Source of the DNA: Ophelia neglecta
Lineage: Eukaryota
NCBI GenBank assembly: GCA_965285935.1
Contig: OZ260666.1
Coordinates: 52,328,001 to 52,392,000, forward strand
DNA: 64,000 bases
Reading direction: 5' to 3'
Part shown: positions 40,863 to 54,633 of the stretch, one piece after another
Layout: each line of letters opens with the position of its first letter
Position numbering within the stretch: position 1 is the first letter of the stretch
Notes under the pieces: model-generated
The model's input: the letters and a program-made list of their open reading frames with translations, nothing else
Told to the model about the DNA's origin: nothing
Databases searched by the model: none
Translations under genes and position numbers: made by a program

Positions 40863-42928
40863 TCCAGGCATGGCATGACACTGCTAGGGATTTTTTTTTT
40901 TTTTCAAATAGCTTACCCAAGGTTTTTATTCACATACCCCTGATATTGCTTCTTTTGTAATTTCTATGAAATGCAGATTCTGTTATATTGTGTATGCATT
41001 ATGTTCAACCTTTGCCACAAAGGGATTGCCTGCCCCGGGCCCTGTAGACAATAATTCACAATGGCCTTTCTATGAGGAGAACTGTCTGGGTTGGTCTGAA
41101 ATTAATCTACATCTGGTCGAAAGGGTATAGTTTTAATGAGGATACCTTAACCGCCTCTGGCAGAATGGACTACTCTAATGTCAGTGCAGCAGACGGTACC
41201 AACCTGTGTTTGTCCTTTATCTTCTGCAGTATTGATGGAACATCTGGTTGAGTCTAAATTCCATGCAAAGGGAAGCAGTGGAGGGAAAATCAAAGCATGA
41301 AGCATTTTGGTGTAAGCCATCAATTACCTTTAATGTTGGGACATAAATATTGATAGTTAATATCTTCAATTAGGGCAGTGGCTGGCTTTGGTGTGGTCAG
41401 TGGACTCTGGTCTCCTATAGTGACTGGTGTTATTGCCATATTCATGGCTGGTCAAGTCACTGCTGAGCCAGAATGGCTTCAGGTGCTATTACAGGCAGCA
41501 AAATCTGAGTCGGGCAGGCTGCAGCAATACTGTCTGCCACTGCACTGGCTCCGTAGCTATGATAATGTGTTCTATTCTTTGGCAGGGACAAGTATTCAGG
41601 CAGAAAATAAAGCTTTGCCCATCTAAAATTATGCTGGATATTTTCCAATGTGTCCTTGACTCAGGACATGTTGCTCCATATTAAAGCCAATGCCCATACA
41701 TGTGTTACCAGGGCTGGCACACTAGCTGATGGTTTACCTCAGAATATTTTATCATTGTTGTACATTCAGCTGGTATGGCACAGCTGCAATTAACTCAGCG
41801 ACCCAGCCATGAATTGATAATTATTATTTATATGGCCTGATCCATATCCAGGCTTGCTGTGGCATTATGTTGAGATCTGGCTGTGTAAAATATGGATGAC
41901 AATGCATGTATTGACTTAGCATGGTGTTTGACATTTTATTTGAGGTTGGTGGACTGCTGTGCCCAATAGAGCCTTGTCAGTGGCTGAGAAGATAATGATT
42001 GATGCTGGACAGTGGCTGCTGCGTACAGCCAGTCACAATAGCTAGCCTGCAAAGACTTGTCTTGTGCTGCATCGGGAAAACCCCGTCCCCCTCAATTGTG
42101 ACAGCACCCAAACCCAATGACGTGCAACTAACATCCAAAATGGCTGCGTGGGAGACCAGCTCCGAAATATTATTGGCAGCAAACAGTGCAACAAGCCAAT
42201 GCTAGCTGCTAGCTAGAGTAGGACTCCTCAATCTGTGGTCAGGTGTGTACGGTGGTGAACACACAGACAGTGTGATATCAGGAGTAGGAGCAGGACTGGA
42301 GGAGCAGAGGGGGATTGTTTACTGGCACTGTCTGAGGACTTGGCTTGTCTGTGAGACTAGGCTACTATAGAGGAAGGAGCCATAAAGACAGGCTGCTGTA
42401 CCATGTACCGGCAGGGTGTCACAGGTAGCAGGAGACTGCTACACTGAGAGGTCAGTGCCTTCACAAAGTGGACAGACGCTGTGGACATTACATGGCTTAA
42501 TCTAGCTCCCTCTCACCAGCCACAAACCTAGACAAGGATATTGCACTATACTGCTGTGTGTCCCAAGGACCTGTCAATAAATTACACTGTAATACCCTGG
42601 CTAAAGGATCTGCTGAATATTGATGGTGTAGTGATGTATTGAAAACTTTCACTACTAATGGGTTTCTTTTGAGGGTGTTTGCCATCACTGAATTGACCTG
42701 CTTTCATTCTCACATTCTCTTACATTATCAGTGATTATATAAAGTACTATACAGTGAGGATGGTTTAAGAGATTATTGCTGTGCCTTCCAGCTGCAGGAT
42801 TATCAACACATTAGTACAGTTTGTGAGGTCCATGTTTTTGGTTGCAGATTCAAAATTTTAACAATTTCAAGGAAGAGTTTTCTCCTCGGAGTTGGTTGTT
42901 ATACATTTAAACAAGGTGAAACTGCAGT

Positions 42929-43030
42929 CTGGGCAAAGCCAGCAAGACAATCTGGGCAAAACCAGTGAGACAATAGGGGGAAAACCCAGTGAGACAGTCT
43001 GTGTAAAACCAGTGAGACAATCGGGGCAAG
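42929..43030. repeat. Degenerate ~23-bp repeat (CTGGGCAAAACCAGTGAGACAAT), about 4 copies
   Basis: Direct reading. Confidence 0.7.
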
Positions 43031-46000
43031 AAATTGATTCACTGACAATGTCTTCACAAACCAGGAGTCATGAATATTGACCCTGGGAACTTTTTGGAGT
43101 GGTTAACTGACTGGCCTATTAAGACTGTTGTAAAGCACTGTACCAAAGGAGTCTCTGAGGTTGTGCTGTACCTATACTAACATTATATAAATCACTAAGG
43201 TGATTAGACTTTGCCAATTGGATTACTACCACTTGCACTCATCAGATCATATCAAATGACCTTCCGGACACTTGAGGCCATGCAAGTAGGTCAGCAGACC
43301 CGCTGCCCAGTAACTCTGTAAGGCTGCCATTAATCCCTGCCTGGACATAATAATATCATTAATACTTAATGATTTTTATTGTTTAAGTCTTGGCACACAA
43401 ATTGGCAATCAGAATAGTAGGGTGCACACCCAGGGACTTGTCACAGTCTGGGTTTAGGAAGCTGCCATCACCCTCCAGACAAGTGGTGCCCCACCCCAGT
43501 CTTACTGGCTGAAGGCCTCCTGTGGGTTACTGTGAGGACACCTAGATTGAGCCCCTCTCCTGGTTAGGTCAGAGAAGATGTACAGGTATAGGTATCCTGG
43601 CAGACTCCACAAGGCCACACCCCTAACCTGATCAAGGAGACGCTCTCTCCAGGGCCACACCACCCTACAACCCAAGCCAGGGCTTGTTGTGGGCATTTTA
43701 CCAAGTGCCAGATTTCCTGTTCTGGGAAGTGGCTGGTTCTGCAGACTAAGGGAGTTTCCTGCCAAGTTTCCTCTGCTGCTGCAAATTAACTGTGCAGGTG
43801 GTCTCCTAGGCAGCGGAAGTGTGCTACCTGCACAAGCTCCAGGAGTACAGGTTCGAGCTGCCCACAGCTGGTCCTAGCCAGGGCTACCCTGCTTGCACTT
43901 GCCAAATCCCAGATCCCTGCACATACAGTCCTGTTTATTTTTGGAATAAACGGCTATTAGAGCAGATGAGAAAGTTGTCTGGCCACTAGGCAGTAACTAT
44001 TGAAAGTAAAATAAACTTTGTGAGCATCACAGCAAACTTTCTGCAGCAGAGTCCTGTGATCTTTTGAAGAGCTGACATATTTTTGTCAGATCTGCAGGGT
44101 CTGTGTGTATCTAGTTCACCAAGTGTTCAGTGGACGCCTCAGAGAGGACACAGACCTAGGTATGATTTCAAAGGAGACCTTCGTTCAGCTCTAATGTGTT
44201 AGAGCCTAAGCTCTTACCTGCCTGGGATGCTGTTTGTAGTTGTTCCATACACTCTTCTGGATTTACAGCTTTTCCTATCTACAGGAATTTGAGATAAGAT
44301 TGCTTATCCCACAAGCTTTTTCCAGTTGCTTCATTTAATTGTGAAAAGTAAGTGAATTTATGTGAAAACACAACGTTGCAGAAAAATGAAATTTCTTAGG
44401 ATATAACCGTGGATTATTCGAAGCTCTAACCAAAGATGTATAGCTCTTTGTTCTGGGACATGTTTGCAATTATTTCTTGAAATTATATTTTATTTTCATC
44501 TTCTAATTTGGGGTATAAATTTGATGCACAAAGGCTGCACAGATAGTATTAGACGTGACAATGTTCCTGGATTGGAGGAATCAAATATGATACAGATATG
44601 AAGTTTTTCATGGATGAATCCATATGCTGACAAGATGACTGACACTTTTTACACTGATCTAGGTTTGGTTGATGTGCATAGTACTTGGATCCTCTAGATT
44701 TGAACTTTTACTTTTGGCTTTTCTGAACAGGAAATACATTGTGTTTTAAGATTACTGGAGAAAATATTGTATTATCAAGAGTTCTGTGTAAGGTTTAAAA
44801 CAAGCCTTAAGTTTGCGAGTAGGACACTGCATTATTCTGTACCTGGGATATGAAGGGATGCCAGTGGTGCTGTCAGTTGTGAGATACATGAAGGAGTGAC
44901 TGTCTGTCTGCCTCCATACCTGCCTTAACCACCCCATCACTCCTCTCCTCCTCTTATTAGTCAGGGAGCCTGCCATCAACCATCTTACATTGTGGCAGTC
45001 ACTCATAAAGATACAGGTTCTCCGGTGTAAAACCTGGTGGGTCTGTCACATAGTCAGTGGTCCCTGCCCCCATACAGGACATCGCTTCAGGGCCAGGACA
45101 TCGCCTAGAGAGAGGAGCATTCTCCCTGTCCTGTCAGTTTGGAGAGAGGACCAGAGCACAAACTCTCTTATTGGTCACTTTCCTTAGTTCAGGTACACTG
45201 CTGATAGGAGCAGGACTAGACATCAATTCTGGCAGCCTGTATGTATCAAGGTGTTGAGTGTGAACAGAAATTTGGACAAGCCAGCTATGGATTACTTGAT
45301 TTGGATTTTAGAGGCCAGGCAGATAATCCTGGCCTAGCTTCCCTCGGGCCTTGTACCAGCTCAGTACCTGGTAGCCTCTGCTTTGCCAAGCTTGATGCAT
45401 TTTTGATGATCTTGGAATACATGTTGTAGCAGTTCTGGCTGGGATAGATAAAACCAAGTCAGCAGGAACTTTGTCATGGAGTGCCAGCTAGCTCCATGGC
45501 AATACTAGCCGGGCGTGTCCTAGACCTAGCCTTGATTTATGAATATCGTCACAAGGACTGAATGTCTGGCCAGGAATATTAGCTACCTGCCAGGCAGAAT
45601 TTTGAGTCTATATGCTCCAGAATCTTCAAATTTCTAAATGTTTCATGTGCTCTAACTTGTGTAGGCAGACACATTTAAGACTAGTGTCAGCTGGGAATAT
45701 GTTAATCATGGTGTGCCTGCTGTGCTGCACAGAGCAAATCTGTTGATGTGTTTGTGAATGAATCAACAAGAATTGAGGTTGGACATGATAATTCTGATGG
45801 TAAAACCCTTCACTGGTAGAGCTATTATCACTGCGAACTAGCAGAACTAGTCGGGAGTGACCTAGTTCACAGCTCTGCCATATTTAACATTTATCATTGA
45901 CATTGGTTGGGAACAATAGTGAATAAGTAAGGTAAAAATGGAGCTGTTGATAAAATTCCCTCAATTCTTCAACAGTTAATAGTGGTCTGTGCTGGGAAAG

Positions 46001-48212
46001 CATTTAAAAACGTCTGGCCTGGTTGATTGTAGAAGTACATTGGCACTGACAGGCTGGCACCAACTTGAGTGGTTGAGTTGTATACTGGTAAACACAGTTC
46101 TCTGGTTTATTAGAAGGCATGCTGAGGGCATGTTGGATGTAACAATAGGCAGGGACTAAGACTGTACTAGTAGTCAGTACACTGTTGTACAATATACAGT
46201 GTACATTGAGCATCATCAGTGCACTAGATTGTCTACACCAGTGATACTCTCTGGGTATGTGTATAAGAAGCTGATCTGAGCCCAGTGTCCTTCACTCCTG
46301 ACATCAGCCTCATCCACATGGAAGTGGGCAGGTGTACACACCGCTGGCACCTCTCTGGTCAGTAGACTGTACTGACCAGAGGCCAGTCAGAAGTCAGCAG
46401 CTGAGGTGATTACTGTCTAACATCTCCTACATCCTACCTACATCCCACGGAGACCCCAACCCCCACGGAGACCCCAACCGGCAAGTGTTAATCAGACAGA
46501 AGTACCTGGGGCCAGCAATCTAAGCAGGCCTGGAATCAGAGAGAGGCAAATACAGCCACAGTTAAACATACACAGCCAGTGTTAACTAGGAATATATGTC
46601 TAACAACCACAGTTAGTCACCAACAGCCAAGGACTACAGCCTAAGTTACTCATCTGAAGCACTGTTACCTGTGTGTAACTTGTCTGACTGTTTACGATAC
46701 CCATTTTTAAATATACCAGGAGACTATGAACTTCAAGCCAATATCAGTGCATTAGGCTAGTCTAGTCACACCCCAAAAAACATTGTGATCAATATTGCAC
46801 CAAGCCACTATTTGAGCTATTGGAGCATGATCTGTTCTAAGCGTCCATACTTCCAGTTTCATAGCCTGTATAACACTTGAATAATATTCAGAGGATAGTG
46901 ATAGCAGAGTTCTTGTGACATTTGTGTTTGGTTAATATGGGAGAGTACAAACAATGTAATCAGCAGGTTACCTGATAAGAGAGGATGACACCCTCTAGCC
47001 TCCTGTGATGTTATCACCCCAGAGGAAGATCCTACCACCATATACATACCTGTACCTGTCTCAGCCCACAGATCCTCTAGATAATAAGCTGACCTGTCCC
47101 CAGGGAGAAGCATATGGGACTGGATTTCATTTCTCTCTGTTTTGCATAGTGACCAAATAACCAGTCTAGGAGATACAGTTGTAATGAAGTGATTTTGAAT
47201 AAGTTGTGAGCAAAACCTGCCTTGAATTTGTGCATCTTTCATTTGGCAACTGCTGGCACTTTACTTTGCTTTCTGATAATTGCTTTCTGTGATTTCATTA
47301 TTAACAACAATTTCACAACAATCATTCTAGGAATTTGAAAGGGGAAGCTAACGTATGGGAGTACCGTGTGTGAATGTGAATATTAATTAGCATGCCTATG
47401 TGATTACCTGATTACGGAAGATTAATTCCGTTCATCATCTAAGTGCTAACCATATATCTGGGATTGATTCATTAGTGTTGCTGTGTTTGGTGTGCCACTG
47501 TGATCCCTACATCAGCCACTCTGTGCTCTGGTCAGTGGGCAGCACCCCGTCTTCCATTGATGTGTATATGGATGATTGTGCATGATATTGAGGGACAGAA
47601 TCAACATTCTCATTGTTGTATATGATTTATGGAAAGTGAAAATACTTGGTTTAATAACTCACCCAGCTTGTATGAAAATTATATCATTGGCATTTGAATC
47701 TTGATAAGCAGCATGCACACAAGCTATTGGATCAATGTGCACTGTTGGTTTTTCTGATAACTAAATTAAATACATAGATATGTGTGGGCTATGTACAAGG
47801 ATATAACTCTGACTGGATGACACAACACCATATATTATTGTTATCTGTCTGACTAAAAACTTCACTATGAATAGCAAATGTAGTTGATTTAGGAAATTAA
47901 CACTTGAGCAGTGTAATGTGCAGATTCCAGTTATGATTTTGCTAACAATATATACACAGTGGGAGGAATTCAATATCAATATTGTATAATATGGAGTGCT
48001 AGTGAGGTGCACATTGAGCTGTGTGAATGGTGCTTACAGCTAGTGAATTACATGTGTAGCTTCTATTGACTAGTGTCACATGTGTGAAACCTAGCCATAT
48101 TCACATTGAAGAAGACAAGCTTGTACCCAAACCTGGCTGACAACTGGCTATGTGGTATAAGTCTATGCAAAAAACCTTTTCAGTTGCATAGATAGGAATA
48201 CATAAACTCAAT

Positions 48213-48368
48213 ATGGGAAAGACTCGGAAGAAGAGAAAGTTCTTCAAATTTTTCTCATGCCTGAGTAGTAAATCGGACGACATGTTAGAGGAAACCATTA
48301 CCAGTTCTCCGCCGCAGAGTTCTACCTCTCCCCTGAAAGAGGTGGGAACCTCGTCCCCCGAGTTCATG
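48213..48368 (+). CDS. TRIO: Candidate alternative first coding exon of a short, GEF2-only Trio isoform
   Basis: ATG to donor ATG|gtgaga is exactly 52 codons (phase 0, fits acceptor 52329). Encodes MGKTRKKRKFFKFFSCLSSKSDDMLEETITSSPPQSSTSPLKEVGTSSPEFM. Locally CpG-retaining within CpG-poor DNA. Confidence 0.7.
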
Positions 48369-49561
48369 GTGAGAATCCACTCGACGGGCTCTATAGAAAT
48401 ACCCTGGCCCTCCGATTGGGTAAATGTGTAATATCATCCCGTTAAATATTCTGGCACATTGCATGTTGTAGTCACTTTTTGGCGGGGAGGGTGGTCGTGG
48501 GAGGGAAGGGGGGGGGTTAGTTTCAACAGTGATTCGACTTTTTTTATAATATAATTTAGAATTATGTTTGATCTGATGACAGTATAATACAATTGATTTT
48601 TATAGGCAAAATTTTCTCCATAAAAATTTATATTATTATTGCATTATTTTTGTGGCCAGGTTATGGTAGCGAGATAACATCAACATATGCTTGCTGTTTT
48701 TAACCTTCACAATGTCAACACTGTGTAGCAAAATAACCTTTGGAGTCCAGTATTGTCCATAGAATGAGAACAATGAGAACAACATCTAATTGCAGGATTA
48801 GTGATCAATATTTCATGTACTGTAGGAGTAAAACATTAAAATCAGAAGGATCCAAGTCCATTTCAGAACAATATAAACTTGAATCCGTCATTGTCTAGTA
48901 CCCAAGTAGTACTATATAGTAAGCTGTTTGTTACCGTGTATAGCTTGGCCACGAGCACATTTTAGGGATGCTGCTACACGTTTCTTGATTATGGGGGGCT
49001 GGTTTTGTTTATTTGTGAACACTGCACTTCTGTAGTTGTCAAATTTTTTTGCTTTAAATGGTGTTTTGAAGTATACAACTTTTATTTATTGCATACAGAC
49101 TTATGATTACATTGTATTTAATACTGTATGTTCTTTTATACATATATTACAGTAATGTTTTACTCATTTTGCATGAGTTGAGCATTACTGTACACCTTTG
49201 AATGCAGAGCTGATTTTGTACAGTAAATCTGAAATATGCTATTATAAGACAACACCATTATCAAAGGAAACTTATATTATTAGAAAATAACTTTGTTTAC
49301 ATTTATCACAAGAGAAAGCTATATTGATATCTATTGATATCTTGTACAAGGGCAAATTGAAGACAACACACCACTTTCACAAATAATAGGCCAAATACAT
49401 TTTATTTTTGCTCTTATTTGTTTCTTAATATTGAGCGTAAAATAAGCAAAGAGGCTGATGGGGATTGACTGAACATTAGTGAGATACTTCTAACTCACAT
49501 TCAAAATGTTTTGTCTGGTTAATAACTTTGAGATAAAAGATCAGATATTGCAGCCTACACA

Positions 49562-50603
49562 GACCCTGTCATTGACTGGGAGGGGGTAAGGGTGCTAGTG
49601 GATCAGCAGGGAGCAGGTGGGACTCTGTCATAGACTGGGAGGGGGGAAGGGTTCTGGTGGATCAGCAGGGAGCAGGTGGGACCCTGTCATAGACTGGGAG
49701 GGGGGAAGGGTGCTAGTGGATCAGCAGGGAGCAGGTGGGACTCTGTCATAGACTGGGAGGGGGGAAGGGTGCTGGTGGATCAGCAGGGAGCAGGTGGGAC
49801 CCTGTCATAGACTGGGAGGGGGGAAGGGTGCTAGTGGATCAGCAGGGAGCAGGTGGGACCCTGTCATAGACTGGGAGGGGGGAAGGGGGCTGGTGGATCA
49901 GCAGGGAGCAGGTGGGACCCTGTCATAGACTGGGAGGGGGGAGGGTGCTGGTGGATCAGCAGGGAGCAGGTGGAACCCTGTCATAGACTGGGAGGGGGGA
50001 AGGGTGCTAGTAGATCAGCAGGGAGCAGGTGGGACTCTGTCATAGACTGGGAGGGGGAAGGGTGCTTGTGGATCAGCAGGGAGCAGGTGGGACCCTGTCA
50101 TAGACTGGGAGGGGGGAAGGGTGCTTGTGGATCAGCAGGGAGCAGGTGGGACCCTGTCATAGACTGGGAGGGGGGAAGGGTGCTGGTGGATCAGCAGGGA
50201 GCAGGTGGGACCCTGTCATAGACTGGGAGGGGGGAAGGGTGCTAGTGGATCAGCAGGGAGCAGGTGGGACCCTGTCATAGACTGGGAGGGGGGAAGGGGG
50301 CTGGTGGATCAGCAGGGAGCAGGTGGGACCCTGTCATAGACTGGGAGGGGGGAGGGTGCTGGTGGATCAGCAGGGAGCAGGTGGGACCCTGTCATAGACT
50401 GGGAGGGGGGAAGGGTGCTAGTGGATCAGCAGGGAGCAGGTGGGACCCTGTCATAGACTGGGAGGCGGGAAGGGTGCTAGTGGATCAGCAGGAAGCAGGT
50501 GGGACCCTGTCATAGACTGGGAGGGGGGAAGGGTGCTGGGCAGGACCCTTTCATTGACTAAGAGGTGGTTCTTGCAGGTATCTGGAGGGAGGGACCCTGT
50601 CAT
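49562..50603. repeat. 59-bp G-rich minisatellite GGGACCCTGTCATAGACTGGGAGGGGGGAAGGGTGCTGGTGGATCAGCAGGGAGCAGGT, about 17 copies
   Basis: Period 59 (49681 to 49740). Confidence 0.96.
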
Positions 50604-50667
50604 GTCTATTACATTACAATCATAAAAACTTAAAAAAAAGATATTATGATTTCATGATTCAGGAAAA

Positions 50668-50830
50668 CCTGCCTTAAAAGACCACCTCTGTGTTCAGACA
50701 AATTTTAAACTCTGACCACTGATATGAAGTACACTTTCTAACAGAAATAACCTGTCCATGTAAGCCACTTACATGACTGTACATGTATGTAATCCATCTA
50801 TCATATTCCAATCCCTTGGGTGGTCTTAAT
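50668..50830. mobile_element. Decayed MITE remnant
   Basis: AAACCTGCCTTAAAAGACCACC at the left and GGTGGTCTTAA at the right form a short inverted pair of the kind seen in Tigger-like MITE ends. Confidence 0.3.
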
Positions 50831-52328
50831 TTGTCTTCTTTGTTTTTTTCTATGATGTGTAGAATCATATAAAAATACAATATACCTTAACCAGGTAGCC
50901 CAGGGACATGATTTTATTTTTCTCATTATGAAATGGAGAATGTACATGCACATATTGTAGGTGGTATCTATGTGCTCACATGATAAGTTACGACACAAAT
51001 TTAAAGTATCCATCTAACTCAAAGTGCACTACAGTGTAGTCCCAAACCTGGATACCTCATTTATAATATTAAGTAGATATAACTTTAACATGTACATCAA
51101 CCCACTTTACTAGTTTCAATTTCCTTGGTCATTATTCAGGAAGCCTGCCTTTGACTGAATGTGTTGACTTGGATAATTAAAGTAGTCAGTAGAACCAGAA
51201 AGTAGTATAACAAGCTAATCCATGCCATGCCATACCTTTTTTATCTGACAATCACATACACTAGATCAACATATAAAACTGGCGAGTACTTCGCAATGGT
51301 GGAGCTTGTGATGACCTCTGACCTGTTTACCAAGCACTTGGTTCACAAACCTTTGGTCTTACTCTGTTCAAACATACACACGATGATTTACTGACTTAGC
51401 TACACATCCTTTGTGCCTACCTATATCTTATTACTTCTTGCTTATAAAAAATAGGCTGATAACTAACAACGCGTAGGAACTCTCAATGCTGGGACTGTGA
51501 ATGTCAGACAACAACCTACAAAATCTCTGCACTAGGGTGTCATTCATATATCAGTGGTTTATGGACCAGGAACCAAGTTTACTTTACATGAACATATGTG
51601 TAAAAATGAGACTAGCAGGGACATATTCCCCGGCTCTGTTATCTGATCTCACCAGACGTTAGTCTAACATGACCACAATGGAGGGGATGTTTTTGGCCAG
51701 ATGTTTGTGTCAAATCATCTGTGTTCTTGTCAAATGGTAAATCTAACGACAAGAGGTCTGGGATATTGATCTTCTGAATCACTGGGCATGTCAAATTTCA
51801 AGAAAACATTTCAATATTCATTCAGGAGAGTGATATGCTGCCATAAGCAATCTGTAAGTGTGGAAAGAATTAAATGTATGTCAACTCATTCAAAGGACGG
51901 TGTACATTATGTATTGAGAATGTGCAATTATATGAAAATATTTAACTTTCAGTCATGTATGCTTTTTCAAATGTTCTGATCCTTCGGAAAACATCAGAAA
52001 TGAGTCACTATATTAAACACCAAACAAAACACACCCTGCCAGTGATCTCCTGACACCACACATGGCACAGACATCCTGACATAACAACTAGAATGTGTAC
52101 AAAGGCTGGCATATTAACCTCCGTCAATTAATTATTATGATGTATATGTGTATGTGTAAAACCCATCAATCCGAAGTAATCACATTTTTTCATTGGGTAT
52201 GTTAAGTAAGATTTAGGAAATGAGAGCAGGCATGGTAGGCGAACTGTGTGTGAGCCTTATGTACTGCTTTCCCATGTTGCTTCATCGCTTTCCCTCATTG
52301 CTATTTTGTTATCCTGATGTCTCCGCAG

Positions 52329-52412
52329 AACCTCCTCCATAGCTCAGAGGATGCTGGAAAACCAGACAAAGATAAACCCCCTCTGGCACAGCAGGAGGAT
52401 CTGGCCGAGGAG
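52329..52412 (+). CDS. TRIO: Trio linker exon (84 nt, phase 0 to 0)
   Basis: Pyrimidine-rich acceptor ...tctccgcag|AAC, donor GAG|gtaata. Encodes NLLHSSEDAGKPDKDKPPLAQQEDLAEE and preserves frame. Confidence 0.75.
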
Positions 52413-53876
52413 GTAATATACTGCAACTACTGCTGCCATGTCACCTGGTGTCTCTCTGTGTCACTGTACCCCGCCCCCTGGTGTATGGTACATGTAGTAG
52501 TTTTGCTCTTGCGCCTGACAATTTATTCTTTCTCTTGCATTCATTATCTTGTCCCTTATTAGCTGTTTGCTACACCTTGTGTAAAAGTTTGAATGCAAAC
52601 TCAACACAGACTCTACCAGTTTTCTGCCTTATTCATTGTAAAAGTCTGAGTGCAATATTTGTATGATTCTGTTTGACTTTACCTTGATGTTAAATAGTTT
52701 GGACCCTCTTTTAGTTTGCCCTCTTTCTCTGTGTACGTTATCTGTGTACTGTGTATAAGACTTTACACAGATTATGATCCCTGCATGTTAACTGTCATCT
52801 GGTTGGGTTCTCCTATCGCCTAGTAAGTTGTCAATCTCCAGCTAGATGTACTGTATATCCCTGGCATCCTGTACCATACCTGTAATTAGCTACCCTATTA
52901 ACACAGCAAAGTCACTGTTATGTTCTGATCACTAGGCTTTGGCACTTGCAGTAGAATTCTCAGTATGCAAGATACCACAACCTAATAGTATGCATTTTTT
53001 TTCTGAACTTCCAATTGACTGCTCTTTCTGCCATCGCTGTGCAGTTTATTGAAGAAACTGTTGTTCAATATGTTCAGAGGTTGGGATGTCCTATGGGACA
53101 TAGTAGTGAGAAGAAGTAGTATAAACAGTTAGACTATCAGAGAAAGCTGTGGAAAGACACAATTAGTTCAAGCCATACGATCGCGAAGTTTCTGATGCAA
53201 ACCGGAGACTTGTTTGCAGCAAAAGTTCCATTAAAGCACATCTCAAATATCCTTATTAAGCAGAACTTTTTGCCTAACCGAACTAAATATACATGACTCA
53301 GAAAAAATATGTACAGCCTGCCAAATCTCAAACATAAACATGGTGAAATAAAACTGATAACTTTGGAGGCTTACATGTACGGCGATAACTATGTGAGCTA
53401 AGGTTTGCCGTCTTATTTGATATGTTGATTACTGATCATGGCTTTCATGCTTTCCACATAGATCATTAATCTGTGCTAAACTGGAGAGGCCATCTTTGAT
53501 ACACCTGATGTGTGTATCACAGGTAGTGCCTCAAGCCACCCCTATCAATGTGCCAGGGACAAGGGGCATATTTAATTTCAAAATCGTATGATTCTTTGTC
53601 CTTTAATCCTCAACTGGGCATTTCTAAAATTTCAAACACTGCCGAATGTCACAAAAACCCATGGTGACTCCGTTAGGCCACATTAACTGACCTGCTCAAT
53701 TTGACATGCCTGTACTGGAACATTTGCATATTTTATGACACTTGTAACTGCCTCATTCAAATGATGCCAAAAATCATGAATTAGCAATTTCTTAATGGCA
53801 CATAAAATTATTAGCATTATGTATGTCTATGCATAGTTGTACTAAAAACAGGCCAGCACAACTTGTCAATGTTACA

Positions 53877-54055
53877 CAAGGGTCTCTGCTATGTAGGGCC
53901 ACCCCTAAATACTAGGAAAAGTGGCCCTACATTGAAGGGTGCCTCTCCATCGGAGATACATTACTATTGAAAAGATAAGACATGGGAATTCAAAAAGTGT
54001 CAGGCCATCGCAGGTGGCCCTTCTTCGGAGGGGCCCTACATAGCAGGGACCACTG
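53877..54055. mobile_element. MITE (about 180 bp), probably Tc1/mariner pogo/Tigger-like non-autonomous element
   Basis: Imperfect terminal inverted repeats CAAGGGTCTCTGCTATGTAGGGCC ... GGCCCTACATAGCAGGGACCACTG. A second homologous copy lies in inverted orientation at 33660-33803. Confidence 0.75.
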
Positions 54056-54633
54056 TTATCACTCTGGTACCATCAGAGCCCTTGTCAGACTGCCATCAGT
54101 GCCTCCAAGTGACTGAAAAAGTGCTAACTTGGATACTGAGAATTGAATGCTATTAAAGATTGTGGCTTGATTTTGGATGTTTACCTGTTGACTTCTTTTG
54201 AAACAGTTGTATACAGATGATAAAATCATATTGCCACACATTTGGCCAATGGTACGTGTTTTAAGCATTAAATATGTACATGGAATATCATTGTCTGTCG
54301 TCATTCTTTCAGTTATGTTACCCATTACTGTGCTCAGTTTTATGTATAAAGTATCATGTACTTGTAAGGTCCAGACAGATCTATTTAGGATTGGTTTGTT
54401 TGTTATATTTTAGATCTAGTAAGGCTTCATTTACATGTACTTAGTATTGGCATATAAAGGCAGATCTGTATTTCTGTGTTTGAACTATGAATTTTCTCAT
54501 TAAACTGTATGATATTGAACACTTTGCACAATGGACATCTTTATAGGGGAGAGATGTCCATCTTGTATGTTGTCTTGAAATCAAAGTTTGTATCTGGTCA
54601 TTGCAGATGCAGCAGTTATTGTATTGAAATGTG

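Noticed and set aside
40337-40876. DLVYK pentapeptide-repeat ORF
   Set aside because: A 15-bp minisatellite; the open frame is a by-product of the unit length.
42100-42480. Promoter-like patch (TGACGT, AAAATGGCTGC) with a short ORF MAAWETSSE...
   Set aside because: The ORF stops before any donor and no phase-compatible coding exon was found. A non-coding first exon cannot be excluded.
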